A stretch of 64,000 bases of DNA from assembly GCF_001194135.2 (NCBI RefSeq), contig NC_068986.1:115882216-115946215 (forward strand), written 5' to 3'. Every line of letters begins with the position of its first letter. Within the stretch, counting starts at the first letter, position 1. Source of the stretch: Octopus bimaculoides (taxonomy: Eukaryota). A model generated the notes under the pieces. The model saw nothing but the letters and a program-made list of their open reading frames with translations, ran no database searches and had not been told where the DNA came from. The position numbers and the translations under genes were made by a program. This document shows, piece after piece, positions 15,025-30,129 of this stretch.

Positions 15025-15070
15025 TCTCCGATGAAGGGATATAATAAATATCCTGAAAACAGCTGTAAGA
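15025..15070 (+). ncRNA. Minimal hammerhead motif (U4C variant)
   Basis: UCU CCGAUGA A GGGAUA-uaauaaa-UAUCCU GAAA ACAGCUGU A AGA. Palindromic helix III; the 5' side abuts an N gap. Confidence 0.5.
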
Positions 15071-15574
15071 CCTATTTATAAATCTTCTAAAATATACACA
15101 CCCTTGGTTTTTTATCTCATTACATAAAGTAAATCCTTATACATACATACATTATATATATATATATATACATATATCTGCTTATACCCTATTTGTAGGT
15201 TAACAAGGAAACCAATGGTTTCAGTCAAGAAATCTTCACAATTGTTCAAATGTACCACATGGAAGTGATGGTACCCATCTCCATTTTGGAGGAGAATACA
15301 TGATATTAGTACATATAATTTTAACGTGGCACTGGCACAAGCGCTTTTATGTGGCACCAACATGAGTGCATTTTATGTGGTATTGGCACCTGTAAGCAAG
15401 GCTGTGGAGTCGAAACAAAAAACTTCAACTCTTCTACTATCAGCACCTCCGACTCCTCTATGTAATCAAGTGATTGTGGCCTATTTTACTAACTCTGATT
15501 CTGACTCCAGCTACCCCTTAATTGTTTCCAACTCCGACTCCACAGCCCTGCCAGTAAGACAAAGAACTTTCAGC

Positions 15575-16735
15575 TAGGAGAGTTAACCAGGAAGATAGTT
15601 TTTGTGTGTGGCAGAAGCGTAGGGGCAATAAACACTGAAGATGTACAGAAAACAGATTCTATCACATGCCAGGGGGAAAAACTAGAAGTAGTTAATAGCT
15701 TCTGCTTTCTAAGCGACCAAGTCTGTAGTGGGGTGGATGTGCTGAGAGTGAAGTGGCTAGAATACGAATAGGCTGGGCAAAGTTTAGGGAGCTCCGACCT
15801 CTGCTGGAAACCAAGGGCCTCTCACTCAGGACAAAAGGTAGACTGTATGATGCATGTGCGCAAACTGCCATGCTACATGGCAGTGAAACATGGGGTGTGA
15901 CTGCTGAGGACAGGTGTTGGATTGAAAGAAATGAAGGTAGTATGATCTGCTGGATGTGTAATGTCAGTGTGCATACACAACAGAGTGTAAGCGCCCTGAG
16001 AGAAAAGTTGGGAATAAAAAGCATCAGATGTGGTGTGCAAGAGAGACGACTGCACTGGTATGGTCATGTATTACATATGAATGAGGATAGCTGTGCCGGG
16101 GAAGTGCCACACTAACTGCGGAAGGAACCCGTGGAAGAAGTAGATCCAGGAAGACACGGGATGAGGTGGTGAAGCATGACCTTTGAATGCTGGGCATCAC
16201 AGAGACAATGACAAGAGACCGTGACCTTTGGAGATCTGCTGTGCTTGAGAAGACCCAGCAACTAAAGTGAGATTTCAGCCATGGCCGATGCCAGTATTGC
16301 ATGTCCACCCCATTTAATAGTACCCTTGATGCATCAGACGATATGGTATGCTTGAGAAGACCTGTTGAGTCAAGTAAAATCAAAATCGCAGCTGTGGCCA
16401 GTGTTCCCTGACTGGCTCCCATTCCGGTGGCACGTAAAATGCATCATCCGAATGTGATCGATGCCTGTGCCCTGACAGGCTCCTGTACCAGTGGCATGTA
16501 AAAAGCACCATCCAAACATGGTCGATGCCAGGCCCACCTGACTAGCTCCTGCGCTGATGGCACTTAAAAAGCACCATCCAAACGTGGCCAATGTCAGTGC
16601 CCCCTGACCGGCTCCCATGCTGGTGGTATGTAAAAAGCACCATCTGTATGTGGCTGATGCCAGTGCCCCCTGACTTGCTCCCATGCCAGTGGCACGTAAA
16701 AAGCACCCACTACACTCTCGGAGTGGTTGGCAGTT
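15575..16735 (+). mobile_element. 5'-truncated RTE-clade LINE (ORF C-terminus plus 3'UTR with 66-nt repeats)
   Basis: ARIRIGWAKFREL, GRLYDAC..AMLHGSETW and RRLHWYGHV are typical of the RTE post-RT region. Frameshifted. Confidence 0.9.
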
Positions 16736-17817
16736 CGAAAAGACTCGTCCACCACAGAAAAATAAGGTTCTAAAACCATTTTGTCTATGCTTATTCTGTC
16801 CGCACATCATCTCCCCAACCTCCTTTCCACTATCACTCCTCTGTAGATATTACACCACCCATTCTTTGTGCTACAAATGACCTTCTCTTCCTCATGGAAC
16901 CACGTCCTTCCCTCATTAGCATCCCTCCCACACTATTTTCACTAGCCACCTCCTTCCTGTGCCTTCAGTTACCTCTACCTCTACATCATCCCTCAGCTTC
17001 CCCATCTATCATCCATAGACAACTTACATCTCTCCCACCTTACCCATTATTCATTTCCCATCAACTGCAGCACTTCCACCTTTGTTCATCACTCACTACA
17101 TTTACTACTACTCCCATCGCTAACCATCTGTTACTCTCCCCTTACACTCTTATAAAAGCTGCCAACCATTCCTTCCTCCTCCTAATCCACTGTCTATAAT
17201 TTCTCTTATGCTCACCCACCTGCTCCTTAAGGATTTACCTTGACATCCCCTCATTATCATCTTCATATTTACTCCCACCAACCCTTATATGTGAAGTGAC
17301 ACCTTTCTAGCAAGATACCTGCATTTGTCTATCATACCACCTCGCATAAAGCTACCTGCCCCTCCCAAATACTCCTCTCACACCTAGTTGAGGGGTTTTC
17401 TTCCTTTCAATGCTCTTCTCCAAGTTAACTTGGTGGCCTCACTAGTTTCAGTGGCAGAAAATAGGGCCCAGTACACACACACTGTGAGATGGCTGCCATT
17501 AGGAAAGGCATCCAACCATAGAAACCACACCAAAGGTGACAATGGAGCTCAACAAAGCCCTGAGGGTCACTGGAACCTGTCAAACCATCCAACTCATGCG
17601 AGCTTGGAAAACGGATATCAAATGTCAATATATATATGAAGGTGGTGAGCTGGCAGAAACGTTAGAATGCCAGGCGAAATGCTTAGCGGTATTTTGTCTG
17701 TTTATGTTCTGAGTTCAAATTCCACCGAGGTCGGCTTTGCCTTTCATCCTTTCGGGGTCTCTCTCTTTTACTCTTTTACTTGTTTCAGTCATTTGACTGC
17801 GGCCATGCTGGAGCACC

Positions 17818-17926
17818 GCTGATGCTATATTTCTGGTAAGACAGCTGCAGGAGAAATACCTAGCCAAACATAAACCTCTGTACCTGGCTTTCGTTGACAT
17901 GGAGAAAGCCTTTGACAGGGTCCCCC
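17818..17926 (+). mobile_element. RTE LINE reverse-transcriptase fragment
   Basis: Translates as DAIFLVRQLQEKYLAKHKPLYLAFVDMEKAFDRVP. Confidence 0.85.
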
Positions 17927-20607
17927 AATCCCTTTAATATCTGCTTTCCATGCTGGCATGGGATCAATGGTTTAAAATGATCTGGCAAGCCCCAGGTACA
18001 AAAAAAGAACTCCAATGTTAGCTTTGACACCTTTTCTACAGTTGGATGCCCTTCCTAATGCCAGCCATCACAAAATATGTACAGGATGCTTTTATTTATA
18101 CCACCAGCAGTTGTGAGCTCACCAAGTAGGTTGAAGACAGAAAAAGAACAGGGAAAGGAAAAAACCCATCCATCCAGGGGAAGTATTAAGGAGGGGAAAG
18201 TGGCTTTATGCCAGGTGCTGAGAGGCTAAAATAGGATAGGGGGAGAAGCACAGGTGTCTTGCCATGGAAGAGGAGATACATGGTTACCCAACACTATATA
18301 AGGATGAGTAGTAGTAGCAGGAGAGAAGATAAAGATGGTAGTGATGGGGTACCTAAAGGAAGTGGGGAAGGGGTGGTTTCATAAGAGTTTGAGGGAAGAA
18401 ATATGAATAGAGACAAATGTATTGAGTGATGAACAAGAGTGGAGTGCAGTTGATGGGAGATATCAGTATGTGTGCATGTATGCACTCTTGTGGTGACATA
18501 GCAAGAATTATTGTAAATGAATGTCAATCATTTCCAATGTTCTGTGAAAACATGTCTGGCCATGGCAAAATATTACCTTTCTGGAAAAAAGGGGAAGGGT
18601 GGTGGCAGAAAGGACAGCCAGCCTTAAAAAAAACCTGCCTCAATAAATAGAAGCAAATACACACACACATATAGAAAATAGAAACACATACACACACACA
18701 CACATAGAGAAAATTGAAGCAAATACACACACACATAGACAATAGAAACACACACACACACATCATCATCATCATCGTTTAATGTCCGCTTTCCATGCTA
18801 GCATGGGTTGGACGATTTGACTGAGGACTGATGAACCAGATGGCTGCACCAGGCTCCAATCTGATCTGACAGAGTTTCTACAGCTGGATGCCCTTCCTAA
18901 CGCCAACCACTCCGAGAGTGTAGTGGGTGCTTTTACATGCCACAAAGTATATTGTGTAACCCCCACCACCACTTTCCTACAACACTACCCAGTGCACTAA
19001 CCTCTCATTAAGCATATTGTGTAACCACTTCCTCAAACTGCACATCAATGTTACAAGAGATATTAGAGAAGTAGGAACTGAAATCAACTCCCTAAGGGCT
19101 GTCATCTTCTAGATAATTCACAGCCAAGTTTTGTACTAATGACAACATAATATTCCATGCTATAAAATACCTAAACACACCACAGGCATAAGTGTGGCTG
19201 TGTGGTTTAGAAGCCTGCTTCCCAACTATGTTTACAGGTTCATGCCCACTGCATGGTACCCTGGGAAAACGTCTTCTACTATAGCTCTGGGCTGATGAAA
19301 GCCTTATGAATAGATTTGGTCGACAGAAACCGAAAGAAACCAGTCATATAGGTGTATGTGTCTCCTCTTCCTCCATCTCTTGACATCACATGACAATTGT
19401 AACTGAGTGTCACTGTCCAATAAGCGGTGTTATTCATTTCCAATATTCTGCAGAAACATGTCTGGCTTTGGGGGAAATATTAACTTGCTTGGAAATAGAT
19501 GAGGGCAGACAACGGGAAGGGAAGCTGGCCATAGAAAATCTGACTCATGCAAGCATGGAAAAGTGAAAGTTATGATGATGATAATAACCACAGGATCCTT
19601 GAGTGCCTTTGACAGAGTTCACTCAGTGTCAATCACTAGAATTGGATGGAGTCTTGCAGATACATTGACCTTCAGATTAGACTTCCTCAACTACCTTACT
19701 CTCACCTATCAGATGGGGCTGGGTTGAAAAGGTCATAACACTGACCCTTTTGCCATGACTAACATAAAATGAGAATGAACCAAAGTAGTCAATCAAGATT
19801 CTAGAAATAGCAACCAAATCTCCTTCATAGCACATTACTACAATTAACAAGGAAAAAAAAAACGACCCAATGAAGAAGCCTGTATGTAGTCGTTCTCCTG
19901 CTAGAAATAACAGCCAAATCTCCCTGGAATTACATTTAACATGCCTTTAAAAGGAAGACATTGAATAACGTAAGCTTAAAAAGAAAGAAAAAAGGGGGGG
20001 ATGATCACAAGTCTGCCTGTTCAACGCTGACATGGAGCTTAACAACATCAGTTCTAATGATGATATCGTGTTACCCATTCTCCTCTTCAGTACGTTTATA
20101 CAATGGCTGTCTCGTTACAACATGCTGTTGAAATAATATAATACACCATATATATTCTACGGTGTAAATTATTACAATAACACACAACTATGTCAGATAA
20201 GTTACACATCTCTATAACGTACCCTCAAGACGTTTATTATGCACACGTGTGTAATATAATATCAATAGAGAAGGCAAAAATGTGTAGTAAATTTGGGGCG
20301 ATAAAGGAAGAAATGAAGCGAGGTTTCATTCCACATCTATCGCTCTGTAAACATATACACCCAGGCAAAATATCGTTGACCCTGGCTTTATATATATATA
20401 TATATATATATCCAGTATGATAAAGAATGCATAATTATCGGCTGCCATTTTTTATATTTAATATATATTTCAATGACAACACAGATGACTCAGTGTGTAT
20501 AGAAATATTTGTATATACAAGGACACAATCCACAGAAAAAAACACACAGATATACGTGTATATATACACATATATATTTACCATATATACTTATACACAT
20601 TCATATA

Positions 20608-20667
<60 letters not shown>

Positions 20668-22517
20668 GTGCGTATAAATGTATGCTTGTGTCTAAGTGTG
20701 AAATTTGATAATGTTTTTTAAAATATATTTTTAGTCTATGAGCTTCAACACGAGTATTATTTACTACAAAAAGGAGCAATGGACCTCGCTCTTTCCTCCC
20801 CCTTTTATGAGTAACATACAACATCCATTATACACACATACATATATTATTATTATTATTATATACAACAATTCGAACTGAACATTTGCCGTACTAACTG
20901 AGATCGTCGTTACAACCTGATCGAAAGAAGTTCCCGATACTCTCTCAAACACACAAATCCGACATAGTTGTAATTGGGCCCAAGTCTTCAACAAATATGG
21001 AGATGTGGCGTGGGCGCAACAGCAGGCTTGTTATCACTATAATCATCATTATTACTATAAGATATATATATATATATATCTTGCTAAGTTTACTAACAGA
21101 AAGGATTTCAAGCCAAAACCGAAAGCGGATCGCAGAAGGCATTGCCTAATATATGTTTTTTAGCCGCAGGTCAACCCTGATCAAGACATGATCAAAAGCA
21201 TAACAACCATGAAGTTGTTTTTGTTTTTTCTTTCCCTTTTTTATTTAACAAGTTGGGATTTGACTGGAGGATGATTTAGCTGTTATTTCTAGTAGACAGA
21301 TCGTATAGTTTTCCCCTGCTTGATATTTGTATATGTTGTAGTAGGGGTGATGACGATGTTCTGATGATACAGACAGTACACCGGACTATTCCATTCTCAG
21401 TACCCCGCAGATATGAGTTCAAATCCTGATACTCTATCCAGTACAAATTTAATCATAGAAGTACTACTAAAACAGAGGCGATTCCATTCGCTCGACAACA
21501 CCACCCTTCCGCATACAAACTTCAGAGCAGTGACAAATAAAATGACTATTATTATTATTATCATTATTATTGGATGTCCGGGTAAATATCCGGTTACAGT
21601 CCTTCGTGATTCAGTGTCACGACACAGCACAATCCCTTGTCCTATGTCATTAAAACCCAAGCCTTTGGACCCAAAATGGCCATGATCAAACAGAATGACC
21701 AAACGACATAATCTACCCGGATCAACATTATCGGATGTGTCATCGTTTCCAAGGCAGTCGGGTGTGACTCGACAGAAGTTTGCCTACCTTTTCTAGCTAG
21801 TCATACGACCACGTAGTCTCAGTCAGAATGCTGAGACTAATTACATTATAGCTTTATTTCTACTTAAGCAGATCTGATTACAAATATCACCATAATCGAC
21901 TTCCCCCTAAGCGCTCCACCCCATTCCGTGTATCAACGAATACCAGTAATTTATTGCGGTCGAAATCAATCGACCAACACCTACACGTTACATTCATAGT
22001 ACTTGTTGTAGTGGACTTGCTTTCCATTCTCCTCTCTTCAGTCAGTATAAATTAAATACCAGTCAAATACTGAGTCCGTTTAATCCACTCACTCCTTCTT
22101 CTCCCCTCTTAATGATTCTGTTAGAAGCCATCACCATCATCATTTAGCCCCGTCAGCTCTGATGAAACAACCAAACCTTATATTTCAAAGGAGTTTCATC
22201 TAGAACGATTGTCGATTGGGATTACACTGTCCAAAGTGACTCTTTAAAGGCATTCATTTGAGAGACACTTGGCTGCTATTTCCAGCAGGTCAAGCAATCA
22301 GAAATTCCCTCGTTATTACGTGTCGAGGTCAACATCGCCTTTCATCCTTCCGAGGGCGATAAAATAATTACAAAACATAGTACCAGTCAAATACTGAGGT
22401 CGATCTAATCGATTATCCACCTCCCTACAAATATTTCGGGCCTTCTGCCTCCATCAGAAGCAATTATTATTATTATTATCAAAGCAATGGTGATCGAGTA
22501 AAATGTGTGGGTGTCTA

Positions 22518-23260
<743 letters not shown>

Positions 23261-24232
23261 TTAGTCTTCGTCACCATCATTCCTATCATTATCAATTACT
23301 ACTCCCTCGTCTTCTTTTAATTCTTTCCCTCTCACCCTTTTTCTTCTTTTTCTGTGCTTCTCTTTTTCTCTTCTTATTTATTTTTTTTTTGCTGTTTCTC
23401 ATTATTATCATTCTTTTTTCCTCCACTTTCTAACTCTTCAGCTCCGATTTCTTTTTTAACTCGTCTTTTTCTTCTCCTCTTTTCTCTTTCACTCTTTCGG
23501 GGTTAATGNNNNNNNNNNNNNNNNNNNNNNNNNNNNNNNNNNNNNNNNNNNNNNNNNNNNNNNNNNNNNNNNNNNNNNNNNNNNNNNNNNNNNNNNNNNN
23601 NNNNNNNNNNNNNNNNNNNNNNNNNNNNNNNNNNNNNNNTTTATATATATTATATATATCACTGTATTGCGTTGTAAGGGTATGAGAGAGCATTCACAGC
23701 ATCTCATTCTCCAGAAAAGGTGGAAATTTGTGGCACAATGCCAGCGATTTGGGGGCAGGGGTGAGTCAACTGGTACTTACTTTATCAACCCCGAAAGGAT
23801 GAAAGGCAAAGTCAACCCCGGCGGAATTTGAACTCAGAATGTAAAGTTGGAAGAAACGACGCTAAGCATTTTTCGGTGTGCTAACGAATCTGCCCGCTCG
23901 CCGTTTTATAAACTAGTATAATATTGAAACCATCCGAGGGCGAACCGCTGTGCAGTACTGCGCAAAACGAAAGTTAAAAGGAAACCTTCTCGTTAACAAT
24001 TATCGTCTGCTATCACTTCCACTACCAGCATCACCTTCAATGGACTCATTTTATTAAACTAAATCTGACAAATAGTTAAGACGTACAAGAATTATGTCCC
24101 GTTTACCGAGTTATCTACCTTTTCTAGTCTTAAAACACGGCGAAGTATTTACACCAATTTATACTGGTGTAAACAAACACAAATACGTACACACGCATAG
24201 ATAGATTGATTGATAGAAGGATAGACAATTTC

Positions 24233-24263
<31 letters not shown>

Positions 24264-25111
24264 CTAGATGGTGTACCTGGTAATTCCCGGGTGTAAAGAT
24301 GTTCTATTGAAACGCCTTATTACTCTGATATAAAAAAGCAATTTCGTTATAACTGCCACAAAAGGTGTATTTTCCGTACAAAAAAAGTGCAAAAAACTGT
24401 CAGCTGGAGAAAGAAGATTGCTGGAGGTTGGCGAGATAGGTTTCCAAAGGTTGGAGAGAAAGTACTCTGACTCGTCGTGGAATGTTAAAGGTGAACTTTA
24501 TGAAGGCTAATTTATTAAAGGTAATATATAAATGTAATGTATATGTATATAAATATATGAAGGAAGTGTTTAATGTTTAAGAATGGAGTGAAGAAAGTGC
24601 AATGACATTCACACTTACTGATGGTCGCTCTCAGTAACTCCCTTTTGCTTACGAAATTCTTGTTTTTATAACTATTGATAAGCAGCCAGGAGGATAAACA
24701 TATTGTTGAGAACAAATGATTTCATTGGAGGTCTGTTATCTCCATTCCAGCCCCTGGTGGTCTAGAAGAGGTGAGTATAATATCAAATCACTTTCCGGAG
24801 TGTTGAATTGGATTCACCTCCCTCGGTAGAAAAGGCCCTCTCTGCCCTTAAAGCTTCAACTTGATTGTCATTTTACCTTTTCTGATCACTATACCCTTGG
24901 ACTTGCCTCAAGGTCAACTCCTATAAGGATTTATTTTGACTGTGTTTGTCACATTGAAAACGCCCATGAAATCTGATAATTGGGTTTTGTCGGGAGTCTG
25001 ATTTCATTCTTCATCGTCGGAAGTAGAAGGAAATGTGTAGTCTTTATGATTTCTTATTCCAGGTCTTTGTCTCCAAAGTAGCTAGTGATTGTTCCCTTGA
25101 TGTGCAAAGGA

Positions 25112-25152
25112 CATGAGACATGTTTCTGAGTCTTTGCTCATCATCAGTCTGG
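25112..25152 (-). ncRNA. Minimal type I hammerhead ribozyme motif, canonical core
   Basis: ccaga CUGAUGA UGAG-caaaga-CUCA GAA ACAUGU C ucaug. Canonical core, 4-bp stem II, palindromic helix III and GUC site; stem I is weak. Confidence 0.6.
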
Positions 25153-25780
25153 AGTAGCATGACCTGTAATATTATTCCCAACAGTAGTATTATTCCCTTC
25201 ATGGGACTGTCACATTAAGTTGACAGCATACAACTAATTCATCGTATCACTACTGCATAAATCTCTCTGAGAGATTTAGAAATGTATTACTTCTAAAAAA
25301 ACGACTTCATAGAATTAAATGGAAAAAATCCAGAACATACCACATATAAAGTAATGCGTAAACACTGGAGTATGATGCAGTCCATGTACCAATCAGATTT
25401 TGTCAAACCATCCAACCCATACCAGCATGTCAAACAAATATGATGATAGTGATGATGATGATGATGATGATGATAGTAGTGGAGGTGATGTTGATGAGTG
25501 GGAAAAAAATCAACCTATATTAATGAATGATAAATATTGTTTCTGATGATAAATAGTTTGACTGAGGAGTTCAAAATAAGATTAAAATATATCCAGAGTT
25601 GTCTCCCACACTTCACCAGAAATTGTAAGAATGTTTCGCATTGGCTCCTGTTGTTCTTTTCCCTTTTTCTGCACCCTATATCCCTAACTTTACATTTGTC
25701 TTATGTGTCTTTACTTGTTTCAGTTATGAGATGCAGCCTTGCTGGGGCATTGCCATGAAAGATTTTAGTTGAATGAATCA

Positions 25781-27520
25781 TCATCATCATCATCATCATC
25801 ATTTAACGTCTGCTTTCCATGCTGGCATGGGTTGGGCAGTTTGACTGAAAACTGGTGGGTTGCGGGGGGGGGGGCTGCACCAGGTTCTGATCTGATTTAG
25901 CAAGGTTTCTATGGCTGGATGCCCTTCTACACTCCGAGAGTGTAGTGAGTGCTCTCTACATGCCAGTCTGATCTGGCAGAGTTTCTACAGCTGGATGCCC
26001 TTCCTAACACCAACCACTCTGAGAGTGTAGTGGGTGCTTTTTATGTGCCACCAGCACGAAGGCCAGTCAGGCGGTACTGGCAATGGCCACGCTCAAAATT
26101 GTGTCTTTTACGTGCCACCTACACGGGAGCCAGTCCAGCGGCACTGGCAACGATCTCGCTCGAGTGTCCTTACACGTGCCACCGGCACAAGTGCCAGGGC
26201 ACAGGTGCCATCACAATTTTNNNNNNNNNNNNNNNNNNNNNNNNNNNNNNNNNNNNNNNNNNNNNNNNNNNNNNNNNNNNNNNNNNNNNNNNNNNNNNNN
26301 NNNNNNNNNNNNNNNNNNNNNNNNNNNNNNNNNNNNNNNNNNNNNNNNNNNNNNNNNNNNNNNNNNNNNNNNNNNNNNNNNNNNNNNNNNNNNNNNNNNN
26401 NNNNNNNNNNNNNNNNNNNNNNNNNNNNNNNNNNNNNNNNNNNNNNNNNNNNNNNNNNNNNNNNNNNNNNNNNNNNNNNNNNNNNNNNNNNNNNNNNNNN
26501 NNNNNNNNNNNNNNNNNNNNNNNNNNNNNNNNNNNNNNNNNNNNNNNNNNNNNNNNNNNNNNNNNNNNNNNNNNNNNNNNNNNNNNNNNNNNNNNNNNNN
26601 NNNNNNNNCGTCTCTCTTGCACACCACAGCTGATGCTTCTTAGGTTCAGCTTTTCTCTCAAGGTACTTACACTCTGTCTAGTATGCACACTGACATTACA
26701 CATCCATCAGAGCATACTAGCTTCATTCCTTGTGAGCCTACGCATGTCCTCAGCAGTTACAGTCCGTGTTTCACTGCCATGAAGCATGGCTGTTCATACA
26801 CATGCGTCATACAGTCTGCCTTTTACTCTGAGTGAGAGGCCCTTTGTCACCAGCAGAGGTAAGAGCTCTCTGAACTTTGCCCAGGCTATTCTTATTCTAG
26901 CAGCTATACTTTCAGCGCACCCTCCTCCACTACTAACTTGGTCACCTAGATAGGGGAAGCTATCAACCACTTCTAGTTTTACTCCCTGGAATGTGGCAGA
27001 AGTTATTTTCTGCACATTTACAGTGTTTATAGCTCCTGAACATCTGCTACAAACAAAAACTAACTTCATAGTTAACCTTCCTTTGATATTGCTGCACCTC
27101 TTATGTGTCCATAGCTTGCACTGGGTGCATCTTATAGAGTTCCTACCTATGCCTTTTCTACAGATCGAGCAGGACCATCTACCTGAAAGGGTTTCTGTTT
27201 TGTCTACCTTCCTACTAATTAAGACTTTGGTTTTAGCTAGGTTCACTCTTAGGCCCTTCGATTCTAGTCCTTGCTTCCACTCCTGAAACTTTTCCTCTAG
27301 TTCTGATAGTGACTCAGCAATTAGTACAAGGTCATCAGCATAGAGGAGCTCCCAGGGGCATCCTGTCTTGAATTCCTCTGTTATAGCCTGGAGGACTATG
27401 ATAAATAGGAGGGGGCTGAGGACAGAACCTTGGTGGACTCCTACCTCCACCTGGAATTCTTCACAGTACTCATTGCCAACCCTCACCTTACTAACAGCGT
27501 CTCTGTACATGGCATGTGCA
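25781..27520 (-). mobile_element. 5'-truncated RTE LINE with RT core (YADD) and (CAT)n tail, interrupted by an N gap
   Basis: ORF 26794-27630 contains GVHQGSVLSPLLF, ELLYADDLVLIAES and ARIRIAWAKFRELL. The 3' tail is at ~25781-26220. Confidence 0.92.
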
Positions 27521-27535
27521 TACATATATACATAG

Positions 27536-27588
<53 letters not shown>

Positions 27589-28127
27589 NNNNNNNNNNTG
27601 ACTGGGGACTGGCGAACCAGATGACTCCAATCTGATCAGCTGTAGAAACTTTTCCAGATCAGATTGGAGTCTGGTGTAGCCATCTGGTTCGCCAGTCCCC
27701 AGTCAAATCGTCCAACCCATGCTAGCATGGAAAGCGGACGTTAAATGATGATGATGATGATGATGATGATACATATACATAGGACCTATGCCACTAATAT
27801 CGGTATGCCTGGCAAACCATGATGTTTAAGCTGCATGTGGATTGGTCAAATCCGTATTCCAAAAATTCAGCTTCTTGGAGCCTTCTAGGAGGTACAAATA
27901 GGAAAAAGTCAGTCATTTTACTCATGGAGGCAATGGCAAATGACCAAGAACTTTGGCATTGTGCTGTGCTTGAGAAGAAGACCCATCAAATACCATAATA
28001 AAAAATATGAAAACCAGACCATGTTTTATATATATAAAATATCTGTTCCCCCAAAGATAAAAAAAACAAAACACACGTACCTGCAATATACACACATATA
28101 TTCAAGAATTAAAAATGTAAATAAATA

Positions 28128-29186
28128 TAGGTTAACTAGCAAGTTAGTTTTTGTTTGTGGCAGATGTTCAGGTGCAATAAAGACTGTAAACAAACAGGAA
28201 ACAACTTCTATCTCATTCCAGGGTGAAAAACTAGAGGTAGTCGATAGCTTCCGCTATCTGGGCGACCAAGTTAGTAGTGGGGGTGGGTGCGCTGAAAGTG
28301 TAGCTGCTAGAATAAGAATAGCCTGGGCAAAGTTTAGAGAGCTCTTACCCCTGCTGGCGACAAAGGGACTCTCACTCAGAGTAAAAGGCAGACTGTATGA
28401 CGCATGCATACGAACAGCCATGCTACATGGCAGTGAAACATGGGCTGTAACTGCTGAGGACATACGTAAGCTCGCAAGGAATGAAGCCAGTATGCTCCGT
28501 TGGATGTGTAANNNNNNNNNNNNNNNNNNNNNNNNNNNNNNNNNNNNNNNNNNNNNNNNNNNNNNNNNNNNNNNNNNNNNNNNNNNNNNNNNNNNNNNNN
28601 NNNNNNNNNNNNNNNNNNNNNNNNNNNNNNNNNNNNNNNNNNNNNNNNNNNNNNNNNNNNNNNNNNNNNNNNNNNNNNNNNNNNNNNNNNNNNNNNNNNN
28701 NNNNNNNNNNNNNNNNNNNNNNNNNNNNNNNNNNNNNNNNNNNNNNNNNNNNNNNNNNNNNNNNNNNNNNNNNNNNNNNNNNNNNNNNNNNNNNNNNNNN
28801 NNNNNNNNNNNNNNNNNNNNNNNNNNNNNNNNNNNNNNNNNNNNNNNNNNNNNNNNNNNNNNNNNNNNNNNNNNNNNNNNNNNNNGCCTGACTGGCTCCC
28901 GTAGGATTTTCGAGTGAGATCGTTGCCAGTGCCCCTGGACTGGCTTGTGCGGGTGGCACATAAAAGACACCATTTCGAGCGTGGCCGTTTTCGCGCGGGT
29001 GACACGTAAAAGCACCCACTACACTCTCTGAGTGGTTGGTGTTAGGAAGGGCATCCAGCTGTAGAAACTCTGCCAAATTAGACTGGAGCCTGGTGTTGCC
29101 ATCCGGTTTCACCAGTCCTCAGTCAAATCGTCCAACCCATGCTAGCATGGAAAGCGGACGTTAAACGATGATGATGATGATGATGA
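28128..29186 (+). mobile_element. 5'-truncated RTE LINE, same family, young 3' tail
   Basis: LEVVDSFRYLGDQVSSGGGCAESVAARIRIAWAKFRELL...MLHGSETW. The tail ends gttaaac(gat)n. Confidence 0.92.
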
Positions 29187-30129
29187 TATATATACACACT
29201 CACACACCCAATGCTCACCCACAGTTCACCACACAAAACATGCACTTGGGACACACATCACAACTATATACATATGTACATAATATTATATGTACATAAT
29301 TGGATGGCTGTTGACTCTTAAGAGTTCTTCCACCCTTTTACAGGTCTTGTTTTTAGGCCTGCAGGGTGTCCAATACACACCCTCCTCATCAAGTGGAATT
29401 TGTGGGGGAGCCAGTTTAGTCGCCAACAACCTGACCATGCAACAGGTAGTACTGGGTTACATGGTACCAGTAGCATAAACGACCTGACGTATTTTATATA
29501 TATATATATTTGTATTTTCTTTTATTTTATTTGATTTGTGTGTATTTGTGGATGTAGTTAAAGGGGTAGAAGGAGCTCCTAGGTTTAATAAAGCCATGGG
29601 GAAGACAATCTGTCTAGGAGAAGGTAACTATGAATTCAAATCCTTCATGCTGTCTTGCAGTTAGCCTTTGGTTGGGCAAAGACTGGGAGAAGGACATTCT
29701 GATATAAAGCCACTGAAGAGGTTAAACTCCAGGATAATAAAACATGTGACCTCCATAATCACCCAGTCATCTTGCCTTGGCTTGTCAATGGATATCAGAT
29801 TTTGCGGGAGGAGTGGGTGCTATACGTGTTGTACAATCGTGTGACATTGATATTTAAATGTATGGATATCTTTTCAAGTCCCACAGCAATGGAGTAGTGG
29901 CAACAAGTGCAGGCTTAATGGACTGGGGATGCATAGTCACGAATCTGCATGTGGGTGGCTCAGGGCCCATCTAACGTCGCTGCATTGTTGAAAGAACAGC
30001 AGCATGCTTCGGCAAGGTCGGGAGCGTCTGAGCAGCCCTCTCTAGGGTAGCACTGCTCACCCAGAAATTTGGGAAAGGTCTTGAAAAGGTGACCCAAACA
30101 AATACCTGTTCTACCATCAAGCTGGTCAG

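Noticed and set aside
24263-24720. Possible Helitron-like element starting actag...cccggg
   Set aside because: Only a vague terminal resemblance, with no second copy, 3' hairpin or ORF to support it.
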